Shown here in pieces: positions 30,603 through 40,014 of a stretch of DNA of 64,000 nucleotides (positions are counted from its first letter, which is position 1; each line of letters begins with the position of its first letter). Under the pieces are notes generated by a model that was not told the origin of the DNA, did not search any database, and was given only the letters and a program-made list of their open reading frames with translations. A program made the position numbers and the translations under genes. Origin of the DNA: Phycisphaeraceae bacterium (GTDB taxonomy: Bacteria; Planctomycetota; Phycisphaerae; Phycisphaerales; Phycisphaeraceae); the NCBI GenBank assembly GCA_963674705.1, contig OY771506.1:3520001-3584000 (forward strand), read 5' to 3'.

Positions 30603-31460
30603 TCACCTGTTCACCTGCTCACCTATCTTCATCCCGCACTCCGGGCATTCGGTTCTTCCCGCTGCGACCGTGCCGCGCAGGTCGTAGCCGCAGTTTTCAC
30701 ATGAGGGTAATAGCCTCGTGCGACGGTATTTTTCGCGCCAGTAGAGCAGGATGATCCCCGGGCCGAACGCCCATAGTAATACCGTGCCTGCAAGTACGAG
30801 CGTCGTATAGGTTCCGCGGCAGCAGTAGCATTCACGCTGTCTCGCTGCCCAGATATGGACGGGCACAGCAATGAACAGCTCCAGGATACTGCCAACGATC
30901 AGGGCACGGATCATCTTCCCGAGTTGCGTGTAGCGGTCACCTTGTCGCCAGTAGATGAAAAAGATGACCGCCCAGAAAATCCAGATGATGAGCATGCCCG
31001 CCCAGATGTAGAAGACGCCTTTGCCATCATGTGCTTCCATAACCGGTTGCCAGAGGTTGGGTAGCTCCATCAGCAGGGCGATCCCTCCGGTCGACAGCAG
31101 CATCGCCATGATGGCCGCGGTGATAATGGCCGTTTTCAGAGGTCGGCCTTCTTGTGTCAGTCGAACGGTGAAACCTTTGCCCGGACGAAGGAACGCCCAT
31201 TGTGCCAGCATGAGCAAGCCCATGAACAGAACCACATTCACGGCGTATTGCCAATCTTCCAGTTCCCATAGGGCCCCGGGGGTCAGGGGCGTCCCCATCA
31301 GGCCGGCAAAGATCGATTCGTGACCAAATGGAGAAGCGCCGAACACATGCTCGCCCCAGTAAGGCGAGGTGATCCAGCCCAATCCCAGGATCACATAGAG
31401 CAGCCCGGCTATCAGGATCAGCCGACGCATGCGGTATGCTTTGTGTTGGCAGTGCGTCAT
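30603..31460 (-). CDS. multi-TM membrane protein with C-terminal zinc ribbon
   Basis: about 6 hydrophobic segments; CENCGYDLRG...CPECG. Confidence 0.75.
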   Translation of the reverse strand: MTHCQHKAYRMRRLILIAGLLYVILGLGWITSPYWGEHVFGASPFGHESIFAGLMGTPLTPGALWELEDWQYAVNVVLFMGLLMLAQWAFLRPGKGFTVRLTQEGRPLKTAIITAAIMAMLLSTGGIALLMELPNLWQPVMEAHDGKGVFYIWAGMLIIWIFWAVIFFIYWRQGDRYTQLGKMIRALIVGSILELFIAVPVHIWAARQRECYCCRGTYTTLVLAGTVLLWAFGPGIILLYWREKYRRTRLLPSCENCGYDLRGTVAAGRTECPECGMKIGEQVNR

Positions 31461-31546
31461 CGGCCTCTCCGCGGTAGTGGGGGGCGAGTTGCTATTAAGA
31501 AGACGGATTGCCCCTCGTTAAGAATCGGATAAATCAGGATTCCCGG

Positions 31547-31574
31547 TTGACAATACCCCATTCTGTGCGATACT
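31547..31574 (+). promoter_or_regulatory. sigma70-like promoter of the aroF leader
   Basis: TTGACA-16 bp-GATACT preceded by TGn (extended -10). Confidence 0.7.
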
Positions 31575-31582
31575 TTGGGGTT

Positions 31583-31654
31583 ATGAACGAGCGGTACTTC
31601 TTTTTTGGCTACTTTTGGTTTGACCGGACGCACGCCGCGTTGGGCAAGATGTAG
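31583..31654 (+). CDS. aromatic-amino-acid attenuator leader peptide MNERYFFFGYFWFDRTHAALGKM
   Basis: 8 aromatic codons (5 Phe, 2 Tyr, 1 Trp) in codons 5-13, directly upstream of a terminator and DAHP synthase. Confidence 0.88.
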   Translation: MNERYFFFGYFWFDRTHAALGKM

Positions 31655-31681
31655 TCAACCGCCTGGACTTGACGAATCACC

Positions 31682-31710
31682 ACCCCGACGCGGAAGCGTT
31701 GGGGTTTTTT
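31682..31710 (+). terminator. attenuator terminator of aroF
   Basis: accccgacgc-ggaa-gcgttggggt then T-tract; 5' arm can instead pair with ccgcgttggg (31635-31644). Confidence 0.88.
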
Positions 31711-31820
31711 AATTGGGTACGAGGCAAGCCGATGATGTGGTATTGGCGCAATATGAACTTTACACGGGCAGGGGCGTACGATGCGCCCCTCGCCCGACAG
31801 GAACACAAAGGAGCGTAGCG

Positions 31821-32879
31821 ATGATTGTTGTCATGAGGCCGGATGCGACGGAACAGGAGGTGGACCACGTGGTCCAGCTGGTTAACGAAATGGGACTGAC
31901 CGATCACGTGATCCACGGTACGGACCTGACCGTCGTGGCGGTGATCGGCGACGACCGCAAGAAAGACGGCTCCGTTCTCGAACGTGCGGCGGGTGTCGAC
32001 CGCGTGATGAAGGTACTCGCTCCGTACAAGATGGCGGCACGCGAGACGCGCGTCGGCGAAAAGACCAAGGTTGACATCGGAGCCGGTTGCGTTTTCGGTG
32101 GTAAACACATTCCCGTGATCGCAGGGCCATGCAGCGTCGAAGATGAAGAAAAGATTCTGGTCGCGGCCCGTGCGGTGAAAGCGGCTGGGGCGCATGCACT
32201 TCGTGGCGGGGCGTTCAAACCCAGGACCAATCCCTACGCTTTCCAGGGCCACGGCGAAGACGGCCTGAAGATGCTCGCCGCCGCCCGTGCGGAGACAGGC
32301 TTGCCGATCGTCACCGAAGTGTTAACACCTAATGATGTGGATCTGGTCTCCGAATACGCCGACTGCCTACAGATCGGTACACGTAACGCCCAGAACTACA
32401 AGCTGCTGGAAGCCTGTGGTAAGCAGCCTAAACCTGTTCTATACAAGCGTGGCATGGCAATGACGCTTGATGAATGGCTTCAGGCAGCCGAGTACATCCT
32501 TGCTGAAGGCAATCCCAACGTCATCCTCTGTGAACGTGGCATCCGCACCTTCGAGGACCACACCCGTAACACGTTGAGCCTGTCGGTTGTGCCTGAACTG
32601 CACTTCCGCACGCACCTGCCGATCGTGATCGACCCGTCTCACGGCACGGGGCACGCCCGGTTGGTTCCCGCGATGGCGCGTGCTGCCGTTGCTGCGGATT
32701 GTGATGGTCTTGCGATCGAAATGCACCAAGATCCTGAGCACGCATTAACTGATGGCGCTCAATCGATCACACCTGAGGTGTTGACGGAGTTGATGGCCAG
32801 CCTGCAGCGCGTGGCTGCAGCGGTTGACCGTGAATGCACCCCGGCAACGTCACGTGCTGCCGAGGCCGCAGCGCGATAG
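31821..32879 (+). CDS. aroF: 3-deoxy-7-phosphoheptulonate (DAHP) synthase, class I-beta with N-terminal ferredoxin-like regulatory domain
   Basis: [48 protein letters not shown] before ATG 31821. Confidence 0.96.
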   Translation: MIVVMRPDATEQEVDHVVQLVNEMGLTDHVIHGTDLTVVAVIGDDRKKDGSVLERAAGVDRVMKVLAPYKMAARETRVGEKTKVDIGAGCVFGGKHIPVIAGPCSVEDEEKILVAARAVKAAGAHALRGGAFKPRTNPYAFQGHGEDGLKMLAAARAETGLPIVTEVLTPNDVDLVSEYADCLQIGTRNAQNYKLLEACGKQPKPVLYKRGMAMTLDEWLQAAEYILAEGNPNVILCERGIRTFEDHTRNTLSLSVVPELHFRTHLPIVIDPSHGTGHARLVPAMARAAVAADCDGLAIEMHQDPEHALTDGAQSITPEVLTELMASLQRVAAAVDRECTPATSRAAEAAAR

Positions 32880-32888
32880 TATGGAGGC

Positions 32889-34043
32889 ATGAGTAACAAC
32901 ATTATCCGTCTTGGGGCCGGCGATTTTGACGAGGCCATGGACTTCCTGAACATGGTCTTCAGTGAACATTCACCGCATGACTTTGCCAGGATGCTTTCGA
33001 GCATCTATCAGCCGACGAACGAGCTGATGCGGTGCAACTATGCTGTACGCGACGGCGACAGGCTCGGGGCTGTCGTGGGCGTGTTTCCGATCAACTGGCG
33101 TGTCGGCGATGTTACGCTACGCGTCGCTGGTGTTGGGGGTGTTTCGGTCCATCCGCAAAGCCGTGGCAAAGGTTACATGAAACTCCTGATGGATCACGCC
33201 GTGCAAGAGATGCGTCGGGAGGGGTACGACTTGTCGTACCTCGGCGGCCGACGTCAGCGCTATGCTTACTTCGGCTACGAGGTGGCTGGCACAGCGGTGC
33301 GGATCAACTTCGGCAAGGACAATGTGAGGCACGCCCTGCCTGCAAGTGACCAACCCGTGACGTTTGAGCCGTTAGGTGATTCGCCTGATTGCAATGAGTT
33401 ACTCAAGGCAATGCATGACGCTAGATCAGCGTACTGTGAGCGGCCGGTTGCGACGTTCGATCGTTACCTGCGTAGCTGGAGTTGTGTTCCAACACTGATC
33501 AGAGATGGAGCCGGAGATATCGTTGGCTACTTCTGCGCCCAGCACACCGACCCAGTCATCAATGAATTTATCGCCAAGGATACCCACGTAGCCACGGAAG
33601 CCGTCCGAACATGGATCGAGGGCGGCAAGGATAAGCTGACCATCATCATGCAGAAGCCGGCTGATGCGATCATGCGTCAATTGCATAGCTTCGCTGAGAC
33701 GGTCCACCTCTATCACGAGGGGAACTACCAGGTTTTTGACTGGGTTAAAGTGTTGGATGCGTTGTTGAGGTTGAAGCACGCAAACGAGCCGTTGATCGAT
33801 GGGACGGTCGTGATCCGTATCGAAGATGCAGGCGTTGTTTTAAAGTTAACAGTTGAAGGTGATACCGCGATATGTGAAGCGAGCGACCAAACGCCGGACA
33901 TCAGTTTTGATGCATTGACAGCGGTGCGAGTGTTATTCAATCTGGCTGGGCCGACATCTGTGTTGGATATTTCTAAGAAAGCGTCCGCGTTGGCAGCCTG
34001 GTGCCCGCTGCCGATGGGTTTCTCTTTGCAGGATCACGTGTAG
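32889..34043 (+). CDS. Eis-like GNAT acetyltransferase
   Basis: GVGGVSVHPQSRGKGYM, RYAYFGYE; 384 aa with SCP2-like C-terminus. Confidence 0.85.
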   Translation: MSNNIIRLGAGDFDEAMDFLNMVFSEHSPHDFARMLSSIYQPTNELMRCNYAVRDGDRLGAVVGVFPINWRVGDVTLRVAGVGGVSVHPQSRGKGYMKLLMDHAVQEMRREGYDLSYLGGRRQRYAYFGYEVAGTAVRINFGKDNVRHALPASDQPVTFEPLGDSPDCNELLKAMHDARSAYCERPVATFDRYLRSWSCVPTLIRDGAGDIVGYFCAQHTDPVINEFIAKDTHVATEAVRTWIEGGKDKLTIIMQKPADAIMRQLHSFAETVHLYHEGNYQVFDWVKVLDALLRLKHANEPLIDGTVVIRIEDAGVVLKLTVEGDTAICEASDQTPDISFDALTAVRVLFNLAGPTSVLDISKKASALAAWCPLPMGFSLQDHV

Positions 34044-34047
34044 GATC

Positions 34048-34124
34048 AGCCACAAAAAGTCACAGAAGGGCCGTTCAATTGAAAGTCGGGAGCCATTTTG
34101 TGCCTTCTGTGTCTTATCGTGGCT
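34048..34124. repeat. imperfect intergenic inverted repeat
   Basis: agccacaaaaagtcacagaagg ... ccttctgtgtcttatcgtggct between convergent genes. Confidence 0.55.
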
Positions 34125-34150
34125 AAAGAATGATTTTCAGTTGAAACAAA

Positions 34151-35077
34151 TCAAACTGCAAGAACGATATCCAGTATCCCTGCCGCGCCAAGCAACAGAC
34201 TGATGATGCCGTTGACTGTCAGGAAGGCGATGTGAATGTGATGGGTGGACGACCGCCAGACAATCGTCTGCTCGAGTGTGAGTAGAGCAGCGGACAGGAA
34301 CGCTGCAATTTGAAAACCGATGCCGAGTAGTGGATTGTGGTAGCTGAGTGTGATCAGCAGTGTTGCAGAGATCACGTGCAGAAGCCTGCTGATCCACAAC
34401 GCTCGATTAACACCAAGCCGAGACGGCATCGAGAACAGGCCCATCGATTCATCGTGTTCGATATCCTGTAGCGCATAGATCACATCAAATCCGCCGACCC
34501 AGCACGTGACCACGCCCGCCAACAGCCAGGGGGATGATTGACCGAGATACCCCGGCTCGATCGCGATCGTTGCTGCAATCGGGCTTAGAGCAAGTGCGGA
34601 ACCCAGATATACATGGCACAGCCAGGTGAAGCGTTTGGTATAGCTGTACCCCGCAAGATATGTCAGCACGACAGGTGACAGCAGGATCGGCCAGAAGTTG
34701 TCACGCCATAGCCAGAACCCACCGGCACACACGATCAACAACAAGGCACAAACGCCGGCGGTCGTTTTTACAAATCGTGCATCAAGTCGACCGCTTGGTA
34801 TCGCGCGCCCGGCGGTGCGTGGGTTGGTGGCATCTAAATTGGCATCCGCCAGACGGTTGATGGTCATCGCAAACGTACGAGCGAAAACCATGCACAACAC
34901 GATGAGCAAAAACTCGTCGATACCCGGAAGTCGGCCGGCCCAACCGGCGGATAAGAAAGTCGCCAACAGCGCAAATGGCATCGCAAAAACCGTATGGCTC
35001 AGCTTGATGTCCCTTGCAACATGCGCAAGCTTGCTCGGAACGCCTTGGACAGCCTGGTCTGTCATCGCGCTACTCAC
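34151..35077 (-). CDS. ubiA: UbiA/MqnP-family prenyltransferase
   Basis: IKLSHTVFAMPF, NRLADANLDATNPRT, YSYTKRF, DVIYALQD. Confidence 0.9.
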   Translation of the reverse strand: MSSAMTDQAVQGVPSKLAHVARDIKLSHTVFAMPFALLATFLSAGWAGRLPGIDEFLLIVLCMVFARTFAMTINRLADANLDATNPRTAGRAIPSGRLDARFVKTTAGVCALLLIVCAGGFWLWRDNFWPILLSPVVLTYLAGYSYTKRFTWLCHVYLGSALALSPIAATIAIEPGYLGQSSPWLLAGVVTCWVGGFDVIYALQDIEHDESMGLFSMPSRLGVNRALWISRLLHVISATLLITLSYHNPLLGIGFQIAAFLSAALLTLEQTIVWRSSTHHIHIAFLTVNGIISLLLGAAGILDIVLAV

Positions 35078-35736
35078 GATGTCTCGGCCCCTCGTTTTGC
35101 TTTGTCCTCTGTCAGCTTCTTCTGCGCCCAGCGAATGTCTAGCTCATGTTGTACATTCAAGAGGTCCAGGCATCTACCAACTACAAAGTCGACAAGAGCC
35201 TCAACCGTCTGGGGCAGCATGTAAAAGCCCGGGCTGGCTGGGGCAATGATTCCGCCCGCTTCGGTGACCGCCTGCATGTTCTTGATATCAACCAGAGATA
35301 AAGGCATCTCACGATGTACGAGCACCAGCCGACGCCGTTCTTTGAGTGTGACATGGGCTGCACGGTGCAGCAGGTTCTGTGCTGAACCATTGGCGACGCA
35401 ACTGAGGGTATTGGATGAACAGGGGACCACAATCATCCCATCATGCTGAAAAGAGCCCGATGCGATCGTCGCACCGACGTCACGGTAATTATGCAGGATC
35501 AGATGCTCGGGGAGATCGGCTTTAGAAGTCAGGCCGGCTAGCTCGGGTAAATCTACGCCTTCCATGCCGAGTTCATCATGTAATAATCTCTGGCCCAATG
35601 GTGACACGACCAGGTGCGTCTCGATGTTGGCGGCTATGAGCTGCTGGATAAGCCTCTGTGCATAGATCGCACCGCTGGCACCGCTGATCCCGACGATGAT
35701 TCTTCTGTGCTGGTGGCTCAAGTTACCGCTCCTCAT
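35074..35736 (-). CDS. ubiX: flavin prenyltransferase UbiX
   Basis: GISGASG, IASGSF, VPCS, LKERR, REMP, PGFY. Confidence 0.95.
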   Translation of the reverse strand: MRSGNLSHQHRRIIVGISGASGAIYAQRLIQQLIAANIETHLVVSPLGQRLLHDELGMEGVDLPELAGLTSKADLPEHLILHNYRDVGATIASGSFQHDGMIVVPCSSNTLSCVANGSAQNLLHRAAHVTLKERRRLVLVHREMPLSLVDIKNMQAVTEAGGIIAPASPGFYMLPQTVEALVDFVVGRCLDLLNVQHELDIRWAQKKLTEDKAKRGAETS

Positions 35737-35789
35737 TAGTCAAGCATGGTAGGCCGCAGAGTCGATTAAGTCATCTTTAGCCTGACCTT

Positions 35790-36560
35790 TCATTCGGTAG
35801 GTTCTGCTTGGATGATAAGCGATACGCTGTCGTCGTCGACCTGCATCCCGATGATCCTGGCCTGACGTGCGCCATCGATCGGCAGGATCGGATCGAATGC
35901 CTCTTGGCCCAGCAGCACTGCGATCGTGTGTGATGGCTTTGCATCATTATCGCTTCCACCCGGCAATTGCTCGATGACGGTCTCGGTTGGCAAAGGCAAA
36001 CGCCCGCCACGGATACCGTCTACGTGCAGCTTCGCCTGGCCGTTCTCAAGGAATTCAAGCGACAGTAACACGCTGAAGACCTGGTCGATCTCGTTGTGCT
36101 TGTAACGGAACACGGCCACAAGTGAGTCACCACTGGAGGTTAACATCGGTCCGCTGACACCCGGCGGCAACTCCCTTTTCTGATTGATCAACCAGTCGTT
36201 CAGCCGCGTCGCCAACCAGGCGTTTGCCTCTTGGAAGTCCAGATGGATAGTACGAACGCCAAGTGTTTTATCGCTCCCGCTGTTGCCTTGGTACCCGCTC
36301 GAATTCGACAGTTCACTCATGACGCGGTTAAACGCGCGATCCGCCATATTGGTTAATTGTGCTTGACTCGTCTGAGTGGTAAACGATTGGTTATTCGTCC
36401 AGTATGTCGGCTCACTTCGCCAGAGATGCCTGCCGTACAGGAATAAACCGAGTGCTAGTAGGCCAATAGTGAAAAGCACAACAGCCGCGCAGCCGAGTCG
36501 CTTTTTCCAGCGGCCCTTGGGTCTGGTCTGTAAAACAGGACGCATCATGGATTCATTCAT
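35790..36560 (-). CDS. hypothetical membrane-anchored protein
   Basis: ORF with a single N-terminal TM helix, in operon context. Confidence 0.7.
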   Translation of the reverse strand: MNESMMRPVLQTRPKGRWKKRLGCAAVVLFTIGLLALGLFLYGRHLWRSEPTYWTNNQSFTTQTSQAQLTNMADRAFNRVMSELSNSSGYQGNSGSDKTLGVRTIHLDFQEANAWLATRLNDWLINQKRELPPGVSGPMLTSSGDSLVAVFRYKHNEIDQVFSVLLSLEFLENGQAKLHVDGIRGGRLPLPTETVIEQLPGGSDNDAKPSHTIAVLLGQEAFDPILPIDGARQARIIGMQVDDDSVSLIIQAEPTE

Positions 36561-36579
36561 GGAACAACAAAACCTGTCA

Positions 36580-37218
36580 TTAACGTATTGAGCGTGCGGC
36601 TTTCGCCAGTCGTTGATGCATCTTCTCGTGGTCGGTAAATACCGCAAGTCTTGATTCCAAGGCTTCGAATAGCTCGTTACCGGTCAAGGTCTCGTCGACC
36701 TGCGCCAAAGCTGCGTCACCCAGTTGTTCCGTAGCGTCGATAAACCACTGGGCCGGGTCTTGGTCGGCAGCGGGGGGGTTGGTCGTGCAACTCACATCCG
36801 GGCCGACGAAAGACTTGAACGTCCAGGTTGATTCATCTTGCTTGTTATCAACAAACAGGACCTCAATGAACTTTTTCGCCAGCCGGGCATGTTCTTGTAT
36901 GGAGCGAGCATCGACTGCGGTATGCGGGTGCGAAAGTACAAGGCAGCCGGCTTGTTGTTCGTCTAACCAGTTGTAAGGATCGAAACCGGCATCACCGCTG
37001 CCAATCTGGATATCACCCGCCGTCGCAGTGATCCGACGTTGTCGACGTGCTTCCTGAAGCGGCAACAGAATCCGCGCGTAGTATCCGAATTGCCCGGCCT
37101 CCCTCGCCAAAGCTAACGCCTTAAGGCACTGCGACTCGCACTCCAGGTAATCCATTTTCGCCAGCGCCTGGCTGGCCTGTTCCATGATCGTATTCAGTTG
37201 TTCAAGCATGGCCGTCAT
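36580..37218 (-). CDS. hypothetical protein
   Basis: 212-aa ORF, ARILLPLQEARRQRR motif, operon context. Confidence 0.75.
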   Translation of the reverse strand: MTAMLEQLNTIMEQASQALAKMDYLECESQCLKALALAREAGQFGYYARILLPLQEARRQRRITATAGDIQIGSGDAGFDPYNWLDEQQAGCLVLSHPHTAVDARSIQEHARLAKKFIEVLFVDNKQDESTWTFKSFVGPDVSCTTNPPAADQDPAQWFIDATEQLGDAALAQVDETLTGNELFEALESRLAVFTDHEKMHQRLAKAARSIR

Positions 37219-37252
37219 ATCAGGATTGTAACCGTTAGGCAGTCGTGCGGAA

Positions 37253-38239
37253 TCAACTCAGCCACCAGATAATCACCGGTAGCGGCAAAAGTGCAAACAG
37301 TACGGTATTTACAAGCCAGAGCGTACTGGCCATCCGGCCGTCCAGGTGGAACAGGTTCGCGATCATCACACTCTGGATCGCCATCGGCATGAATGCCTCG
37401 ACCAGCACAACACGCTGCCCGAGATCCGCCAATGGGAACGGTGTCAGGTTCACCAGTGCCAGGATACCCAGCGAGAGGATGGGGATGCCCATGAACTTGA
37501 CCGCCGCCAGCACCGCATGCTCTTTGAGGTATCGCCGGATATCGCCCAGACGCAGGCGCAGGCCGATTCCGAAGTAGCCACCGAATCCACCCAGGTAGAA
37601 CAGGATTGTGATGATGTAGTACTTGTCGATGACTTCCGGGAATGGCACATTCATGTAAGCAAGGAAGCATCCGACGATCGCGCAGTGGACCATCAACGCT
37701 CGCATGTCGAAGAAACAGGTGACGATCAACCTGGTGACGGATTGGTCGCCTGTGTGCTGTTCGCCAAAGTGACGTGCAAGGGGATAGAGCGCAAGCACGC
37801 CGAACATTGCCATCAGATTCACCTGCGCAACCGCATAAGCCAAGGCTGCTTCGCTCTGGCCATCAGGACCGCCCAACAGCGTGTAGCAGAGATACGCACC
37901 AAGCGTGAAACCGAGATTGCCCAGCCCCGCGCTCGTCGCCACCACGCCTGTCTGTTTATCATCGCAGCCCATCCAGCGTGCGATCGGGATCACCGCGAAC
38001 GCAGGGATGATTACCAGTAAAGGCTCGATCGCGATCAGCCAGAGATTGGCACGTTCCGGCGGCAGACGCCAGATACTGAATAAAGCGACCCCGCCCCAGA
38101 TGATGCTGACCGTGACAAAGTGCAACGGCTTGGCAAGATGCTCCCCGACGAGGTTCTTGCGTCGTGCGCCGTATCCTGCTGCCAGGCATAGGGCGTTGAA
38201 CACGCAGAAAATAATGAACCGGATGGTTTGCGTATCCAT
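37253..38239 (-). CDS. AEC (auxin efflux carrier) family transporter
   Basis: about 10 TM helices; GNLGF, VKFMGIP, EAFMPMA motifs. Confidence 0.85.
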   Translation of the reverse strand: MDTQTIRFIIFCVFNALCLAAGYGARRKNLVGEHLAKPLHFVTVSIIWGGVALFSIWRLPPERANLWLIAIEPLLVIIPAFAVIPIARWMGCDDKQTGVVATSAGLGNLGFTLGAYLCYTLLGGPDGQSEAALAYAVAQVNLMAMFGVLALYPLARHFGEQHTGDQSVTRLIVTCFFDMRALMVHCAIVGCFLAYMNVPFPEVIDKYYIITILFYLGGFGGYFGIGLRLRLGDIRRYLKEHAVLAAVKFMGIPILSLGILALVNLTPFPLADLGQRVVLVEAFMPMAIQSVMIANLFHLDGRMASTLWLVNTVLFALLPLPVIIWWLS

Positions 38240-38263
38240 GCGTGTCCCGTGATTTACTGAGGA

Positions 38264-39592
38264 TTATCCTACGAACGCCTTGTAAATCGCACGCATTGCT
38301 TTCTCGAAGTCGTCAGCATGCACGCCCACGATGATGTTCAGTTCGCTGGAGCCCTGGTCGATCATGCGGATGTTGATCCCCGCGCCCGCCAGCGCACCGA
38401 ATAGCTTGGCCGCCATACCCGGGATATACGACATACCCCGGCCGACCGTTGCGATCAACGCCATCTCAGGCATGACATCCAACGAATCCGGCTTAACCTC
38501 GACCTTTAAGCCTTCCAATAAGTCGTCCAGCTTGTCGCCCAGTTGACTATCTGAAATCACCAGCGACATCGTGTCGATACCCGAGGGCAGGTGCTCGAAA
38601 CTCACCTGGTTATCTTCCAGTACGCTCAGGACACGTCGGCCGAAGCCGATCTCTGCGTTCATCATCGTCTTTTCGATCGCGATGACGGTGAAGTCCTTGC
38701 GGCCGGCGATGCCTGTGATTTTCCCGGAGACGTCCGCCGACCCATCTCCCGGAACGATCATCGTGCCGGCATCATCGGGACGATTCGTGTTGCGTATATT
38801 CACCGGGATACCGGCATGACGCACGGGGAAGACCGCCTCGTCATGCAGGACTGTTGCACCCATGTACGCAAGCTCGCGGAGTTCGCGGTAGGTCAGCGTA
38901 TCGATCGTATTGGGATTATCGATAATCCGGGGGTCCGCCATCAGCAGGCCGGAAACATCGGTCCAGTTCTCATAAAGGTCGGCGCCGACACCACGGGCTA
39001 TGATCGCGCCTGTGATATCCGAACCACCCCGGCTGAATGTCTTGACATTTCCCTCCGGCGTGCTGCCATAGAATCCGGGGACCACCGCACGCTCTACCCC
39101 CTTGAGCTTTTCTGCGATTGCCGCGTAGGTCTTCTCTTCATCGAGCCGGCCACGCTGGTTGAAAAAGATCAACTCCGCGGCATCGAAGAATGTGGCATCG
39201 AAGTATTCAGCCAGGATAAGACCATTCAGGTATTCCCCTCGGCTGGCGGCATAGTCAGGACTACCACCCTCGGCCGCGATCCTGGCGATGTCATTCTTTA
39301 CCTGTTCCATGTGGGGTGGCAGCCCCGGGTCCACCCCCAGGTCCGAAGCGATCTGGTTATACCGATCCGCGATGAGCTTGAAGACCTCATCGAACTTCAG
39401 CCCCTGCTTGGCGTGCTCGTGGCAGAGATACAGCAGGTCGGTGATCTTCTGGTCATCTTTCGAGCGTTTGCCGGGGGCCGAGGGCACGATAAAACGCCGG
39501 CTCGGGTCGGCCTGGATGATCGACTGGACTTTCCGGATCTGGTCGGCGTCTGCCACCGATGATCCACCGAATTTACTGGCTTTAATCTGCAT
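38264..39592 (-). CDS. lysC: aspartate kinase
   Basis: KFGGSS, VPSAPG, TFSRGGSD, WTDVSG, ADPR, two ACT domains. Confidence 0.96.
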   Translation of the reverse strand: MQIKASKFGGSSVADADQIRKVQSIIQADPSRRFIVPSAPGKRSKDDQKITDLLYLCHEHAKQGLKFDEVFKLIADRYNQIASDLGVDPGLPPHMEQVKNDIARIAAEGGSPDYAASRGEYLNGLILAEYFDATFFDAAELIFFNQRGRLDEEKTYAAIAEKLKGVERAVVPGFYGSTPEGNVKTFSRGGSDITGAIIARGVGADLYENWTDVSGLLMADPRIIDNPNTIDTLTYRELRELAYMGATVLHDEAVFPVRHAGIPVNIRNTNRPDDAGTMIVPGDGSADVSGKITGIAGRKDFTVIAIEKTMMNAEIGFGRRVLSVLEDNQVSFEHLPSGIDTMSLVISDSQLGDKLDDLLEGLKVEVKPDSLDVMPEMALIATVGRGMSYIPGMAAKLFGALAGAGINIRMIDQGSSELNIIVGVHADDFEKAMRAIYKAFVG

Positions 39593-39708
39593 GATGAGTC
39601 CTAACCGGGGGCTTGCCCATAAGAGCGGGGGATTGTACCGGTTCCGGGCGTCTTGGGCACATCAGTACGGCTACGATCGACCGCTTGCGACGTCTCAAAG
39701 AGCGGCAC

Positions 39709-39736
39709 TCGACAAGGGCGCATTCCTCCCTATACT
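39709..39736 (+). promoter_or_regulatory. sigma70-like promoter of tRNA-Leu
   Basis: TCGACA-16 bp-TATACT. Confidence 0.65.
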
Positions 39737-39750
39737 GTCTGACTCACCCA

Positions 39751-39836
39751 GCCCGGGTGGCGGAACTGGCAGACGCGCCGCGTTGAGGTCGCGGTGGAGG
39801 TAAAACTCCTTGGAGGTTCGAATCCTCTCCCGGGCA
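39751..39836 (+). tRNA. tRNA-Leu(GAG)
   Basis: GCCCGGG/CCCGGGC acceptor stem, CCGCG-TT-GAG-GT-CGCGG anticodon arm, long variable arm, GGTTCGAATCC. Confidence 0.97.
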
Positions 39837-39838
39837 TC

Positions 39839-39864
39839 GGCTCCCAAATCGGGAGCCTTTTTTA
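39839..39864 (+). terminator. intrinsic terminator after tRNA-Leu
   Basis: ggctccc-aaatc-gggagcc followed by a T tract. Confidence 0.85.
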
Positions 39865-40014
39865 TGCGCATAAATCACTGTATTTACCGTTAATTACGCA
39901 AAATTGAGTCTGACACTTTTTTGACAGGAATACGCGCTTTTCTTGACTGACAGCAATTTGACAGTTATTCTTTGTGCTCGCATAACACCCCCCTGTCTAT
40001 AAGGAGTCGGGCAC

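Noticed and set aside
31713..31820. N-terminal extension of aroF in the ORF track (TTG start at 31713)
   Set aside because: ATG at 31821 has a good AAGGAG RBS and matches the family N-terminus (MIVVM)
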